Shown one piece after another: positions 60,673-64,000 of a DNA stretch of 64,000 nucleotides. This stretch comes from Candidatus Thermosaccharophagus tengchongensis. GTDB lineage: Bacteria; Armatimonadota; Fervidibacteria; Fervidibacterales; Thermosaccharophagaceae. The stretch's first letter is position 1. Every line of letters begins with the position of its first letter. The stretch lies in assembly GCA_032161105.1 (NCBI GenBank), contig JAVHTD010000015.1; one strand, written 5' to 3'. A program made the position numbers and the translations under genes. Below the pieces are notes generated by a model that was given only the letters and a program-made list of their open reading frames with translations, was not told the DNA's origin and searched no databases.

Positions 60673-61662
60673 ATGCTCACATCCGAAATGGTAAAGCGCT
60701 TTGCACTTGAGTGCGGTGCGGATATAGTTGGCATCGGCTCAATGGATAGGTTTGATGGCGCCCCAAAGGAGTGCGATCCGAGATACATTTTCCCCGATGC
60801 CAAAGCCATTATCGGGCTTGGGTTCAGGATACATCGTGGATTGCTTCGCGGCATTGAAGAGGGAACATACTTTGCCGGTTATCCTGCAATGGGCTACGCC
60901 AGCATTAACGATGTGTTTGCGCCGATAGTCTTGAGGCTCGTCGGAAACTTCATTGAGGACCATGGATATGAGGCAGTGCTGTATCAAAACACGAGTGTCA
61001 GGCTCGGTTGCGGTGTCGGGAAGCCAGTGGCAGAGGGGATGCCAAAGCCGGATGTCTTCCTTCACTTCCGCATAGCTGCATTCATTTGTGGCATGGGTGA
61101 AATTGGATACAGCAAACTTCTGCTCACACCTCAGTTTGGACCGAGACAAAGATTCGCCTTCATCATCACCGATGCGCCACTTGAACCAGACCCGCTGTTT
61201 GATGGCGGCTTGTGCGACCGATGCATGCGCTGCGCCGATGAATGCCCAGCCGGTGCAATAAGCAAATCAAGGACGGTCAAAGTCACAGTTGCAGGTAGGG
61301 AGCTTGAATGGGGCGAGTTGGATGAAAGGAAATGCGGTGTCGCCTATCAGGTTGGCACTCCGCAATGCAGTCCATTCCTTGATGAGCGTGCTGCGCAGTT
61401 TGTCTCGGAGATAATTGAGGGGAAGAGCGATGCAACAAGTGGTGAGGCGTGGTCGCAAGCCAAACAATTGGTCACATACAGCAGGAATGCGTGGGAGAGT
61501 TATCATCATCCGTCGGCAATATGCGGTGGGATGGGTTGCATACGCGCGTGCATGATCCACCTTGAGTCACAAGGTAAGCTCAAAAACAAGTTCCATCAGC
61601 CATTCCGAAGAAGAAAGCCATGGTGGCACTTTGCACCCTGGTCAAGTGGAAAAACTTCATAG
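60673..61662 (+). CDS. QueG/reductive-dehalogenase-like Fe-S (probably corrinoid) protein
   Basis: GAD.VGI, AAF..G.GEIG.S...LTP.FGPRQRF..IITDA.L.PD, CDRCMRCADECP, second Cys set CGGMGCIRAC. Confidence 0.8.
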   Translation: MLTSEMVKRFALECGADIVGIGSMDRFDGAPKECDPRYIFPDAKAIIGLGFRIHRGLLRGIEEGTYFAGYPAMGYASINDVFAPIVLRLVGNFIEDHGYEAVLYQNTSVRLGCGVGKPVAEGMPKPDVFLHFRIAAFICGMGEIGYSKLLLTPQFGPRQRFAFIITDAPLEPDPLFDGGLCDRCMRCADECPAGAISKSRTVKVTVAGRELEWGELDERKCGVAYQVGTPQCSPFLDERAAQFVSEIIEGKSDATSGEAWSQAKQLVTYSRNAWESYHHPSAICGGMGCIRACMIHLESQGKLKNKFHQPFRRRKPWWHFAPWSSGKTS

Positions 61663-61789
61663 CTAACATGCGGGAGCAACTTCAACCGCTAAAGGCAGGA
61701 ACGGAATTGCGGGAACAAAACCAGCACACCAAGCTACAATGTTAGAGATGGTTTTAGCAGCGCATTTTGATTGGCAATTGCGGAGGTGA

Positions 61790-62545
61790 ATGAGGATGGC
61801 GAAGAAGATAGGTTACGACGATACGCCATTCCTTCCGGGGACAAGGTGGCGTGTGCACGATGGCAATCGTCCTCAACCGCCGGTTGTCTATCCGGGAACA
61901 TTCAGCACACAGGATGCACCGGGAAAGCCACCGTCCGATGCCATCATCCTGTTTGATGGCACTGACCTTTCAAAGTGGCGAAGCTGCGTTGATGGTGGAC
62001 CTGCAAAGTGGAAGGTTGAACATGGCTACATGGAAGTTGTGCCCGGAACTGGTGACATTGAGACGATTGAACACTTTGGCGATTGCCAACTGCATGTTGA
62101 ATGGCAAGCACCGCCCGAATCATCCGGTGAAGGACAAGCGAGAAGCAACAGCGGTGTTTTCCTCATGGGACGATACGAAGTTCAAGTCTTGGACTGCTAC
62201 AACAACATCACTTATCCCGACGGGACAACTGGCGCAATCTATGGGCAGTATCCGCCGCTCGTGAATGCCTGCCGACCGCCCGGTGAATGGCAGGTTTATG
62301 ACATCATCTGGGAGGCGCCGAGGTTTGACGGTGATAGGCTGATAAGACCAGCCTACATCACGGTGCTTTTCAACGGCATAGTCATACACAACCACACGCC
62401 ACTTTATGGGCGCACTACGCACCGCCAACTGCCAAGATATGAACCACATCCACCAGTTGGTCCGCTGCGCTTACAAGACCATGGCGATGTAGTGCGCTTC
62501 CGAAACATTTGGTATCGCCCACTCAAGCGCTATGACGAGATGTGA
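61790..62545 (+). CDS. DUF1080 / 3-keto-disaccharide hydrolase family protein
   Basis: PPSDA..LFDG.DL..W, FGD.QLH.EW, NSGVF, YEVQVLD, G.WQ.YDI, LQDHG..V.FRNIW. Confidence 0.9.
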   Translation: MRMAKKIGYDDTPFLPGTRWRVHDGNRPQPPVVYPGTFSTQDAPGKPPSDAIILFDGTDLSKWRSCVDGGPAKWKVEHGYMEVVPGTGDIETIEHFGDCQLHVEWQAPPESSGEGQARSNSGVFLMGRYEVQVLDCYNNITYPDGTTGAIYGQYPPLVNACRPPGEWQVYDIIWEAPRFDGDRLIRPAYITVLFNGIVIHNHTPLYGRTTHRQLPRYEPHPPVGPLRLQDHGDVVRFRNIWYRPLKRYDEM

Positions 62546-62614
62546 TTAGCATTGAGGGGAGCAAAGCGAGCCAGCCTTGACCACTTGCTTTTTGCAACCA
62601 AGAGGCTTAATGCC

Positions 62615-63085
62615 ATGCAGGCTCAAGCCAAGATTTACATCGCTGATAGCCGGAACATGGCGGAAGTCGCTGATGAAAGTGTTCACCTTGTGGTGACTTC
62701 ACCACCCTATTGGCACATTAAAGATTACGGCGTAGAGGGTCAAATTGGGTATGGGCAAACTTTGCACGAATACTTGCTGGATTTGAGTCGTGTCTGGTGC
62801 GAATGTTGGCGTGTGCTAAAGCCTGGGCGACGGCTTTGCATCAACATAGGTGACCAATTTGCTCGTGCTGTCATTTATGGGCATTACAAAATCATCCCAC
62901 TCCACGCCGAAATCATCGCCCAATGCGAGACAATTGGCTTTGACTACATGGGTGCAATCATATGGCGTAAAAAGACGACAATGAGGACGGTTTGTGAGCA
63001 GAGGGAGGAAGGGGGAGGAGGGGAATCCTCCTCGGTGGGAGGCATCTGTGAGCTGACGAAGCTTGAGCCTAAAGGAGAGTGGTGA
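62615..63085 (+). pseudogene. Truncated N4-C/N6-A DNA methyltransferase (beta-class N-terminal half)
   Basis: DSR.M, S..LVVTSPPYW, C.RVLKPG...CINIGD, IIW.K; similarity stops after KKTTM (~62983); no FxGxG SAM-binding motif. Confidence 0.8.
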
Positions 63086-64000
63086 TGGGCATGATTTGGA
63101 TAGGGCTATGGGCGTTCGTTTCCGCTTTGGCAACCGAAGAGCCATCAAGGATTTACACATCGCCACCTCTCACCTTGGAGCAGCATAAGGCGGTGGTGCG
63201 TCGTCTTCAAGCCCGTTGGGAGCAAATCCAAAAGAAGCCCGGGCGATTGGGAGTGCGAGAACTTTTCACCTTTGCACTGGAATGCGCCGAAGCCAACTGG
63301 GGCATGGAGCACATTGAAGAGGCACTGGCGTTGGCGGAGCAGATGCAAGACCGTAACCCGGAGAGCCGCACATTCGGCAACTTCCGTTGGTATTGGGAGG
63401 CAGAGCGCCCGGAAGACCTCAATGCTGTGGAGTTCTCCATGCAGGATGCAGCTTTGCTCTGGATGCGCCATCGCGAGCGCTTGTCGGAGGGAGCAAAGGA
63501 GCGCCTTGAGCGACTCATCCGCTTTGGAATTGAGGGCATCTTAAGGCACAATGTTTCGGTGGGCTATACCAACATCTTCCTCATGAAGGCTTGGAACTGC
63601 ATTGCCTTAGGGGAGAACTTCGCCCGCCCGGAGTTGGCTCGGCGTGGTTACGGGATGCTTGATACATGGCTCCTTCACACCTACGAGAATGGCATCCGTG
63701 AATATCTCAGCCCAACCTACTACGGCGTTGATTTGGACTGCCTCATCCTCATCGCACGCTTCTCACAAAATGCCAAAGCAAAAAGCCAAGCGGAAACTGC
63801 CCTCATGCTCTTTTGGGAGGACATCGCTGCCAATTGGTTTGAGCCATGCCAAAGGCTTGGCGGAGCACATAGCCGAGATTACGATTACCTCACCGGGCGA
63901 GGTTATCTGGATGAACACCTGCGCTATGCTGGCTGGTTGCCGCAGCCTGCCGGCTACCTGCCCTCTCGCTTCCTCATGCTTGCTGGCTGGAAGCCATCCG
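63085..64000 (+). CDS. Secreted hypothetical protein, runs off the window end (absent from the ORF track)
   Basis: RBS AAGGAG at 63072-63077; open frame MGMIWIGLWAFVSALATEEP...GNFRWYW...NAVEF...YTNI.LM...EYLSPTYYG...GGAHSRDYDY with no stop before 64000. Confidence 0.8.
   Translation, partial: MGMIWIGLWAFVSALATEEPSRIYTSPPLTLEQHKAVVRRLQARWEQIQKKPGRLGVRELFTFALECAEANWGMEHIEEALALAEQMQDRNPESRTFGNFRWYWEAERPEDLNAVEFSMQDAALLWMRHRERLSEGAKERLERLIRFGIEGILRHNVSVGYTNIFLMKAWNCIALGENFARPELARRGYGMLDTWLLHTYENGIREYLSPTYYGVDLDCLILIARFSQNAKAKSQAETALMLFWEDIAANWFEPCQRLGGAHSRDYDYLTGRGYLDEHLRYAGWLPQPAGYLPSRFLMLAGWKPS

Overview
64 kb of gene-dense, mostly core bacterial chromosome (GC roughly 50-55% by eye). Thermophile-associated genes (TrpB2, THEP1-type NTPase, DUF62, Mut7-C), diderm envelope proteins and many secreted glycan enzymes suggest a thermophilic polysaccharide degrader, possibly Armatimonadota/Fervidibacteria-like (inference only). 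It contains about 50 CDS (trmD, recO, recJ, rodA, trpB2, a sigma-70 paralogue, folD, menA, amrA, pduO, purM, rel, nagB, GH99-like and GH51 glycosidases, cstA, purB, hrcA, mnmA, galK, a csp gene and others) and 4 tRNAs (Ala-GGC, Gln-CTG, fMet-CAT, Ser-TGA). Two genes are broken: a 5'-truncated gmk at the left edge and a 3'-truncated DNA methyltransferase near the right edge. No CRISPR array, transposase, integrase or prophage gene is recognisable. The best candidate for an undescribed system is the apparent operon at 12543-15236: AMMECR1/AmrA protein, membrane-bound PP2C (SpoIIE-like) phosphatase, and a 9-TM 'hypothetical' protein with the motif set of presenilin/signal-peptide-peptidase GxGD intramembrane aspartyl proteases (xD...GFGD...AGLP). 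Other highlights: a sigma-70 paralogue lacking key promoter-melting aromatics, a switch-like structured leader ahead of the cold-shock gene, an orphan IS200/IS605-end-like hairpin, and strong depletion of several 4-bp palindromes. All calls come from reading motifs by eye; no database searches were run, and several start codons were adjusted from the ORF track using RBS context.
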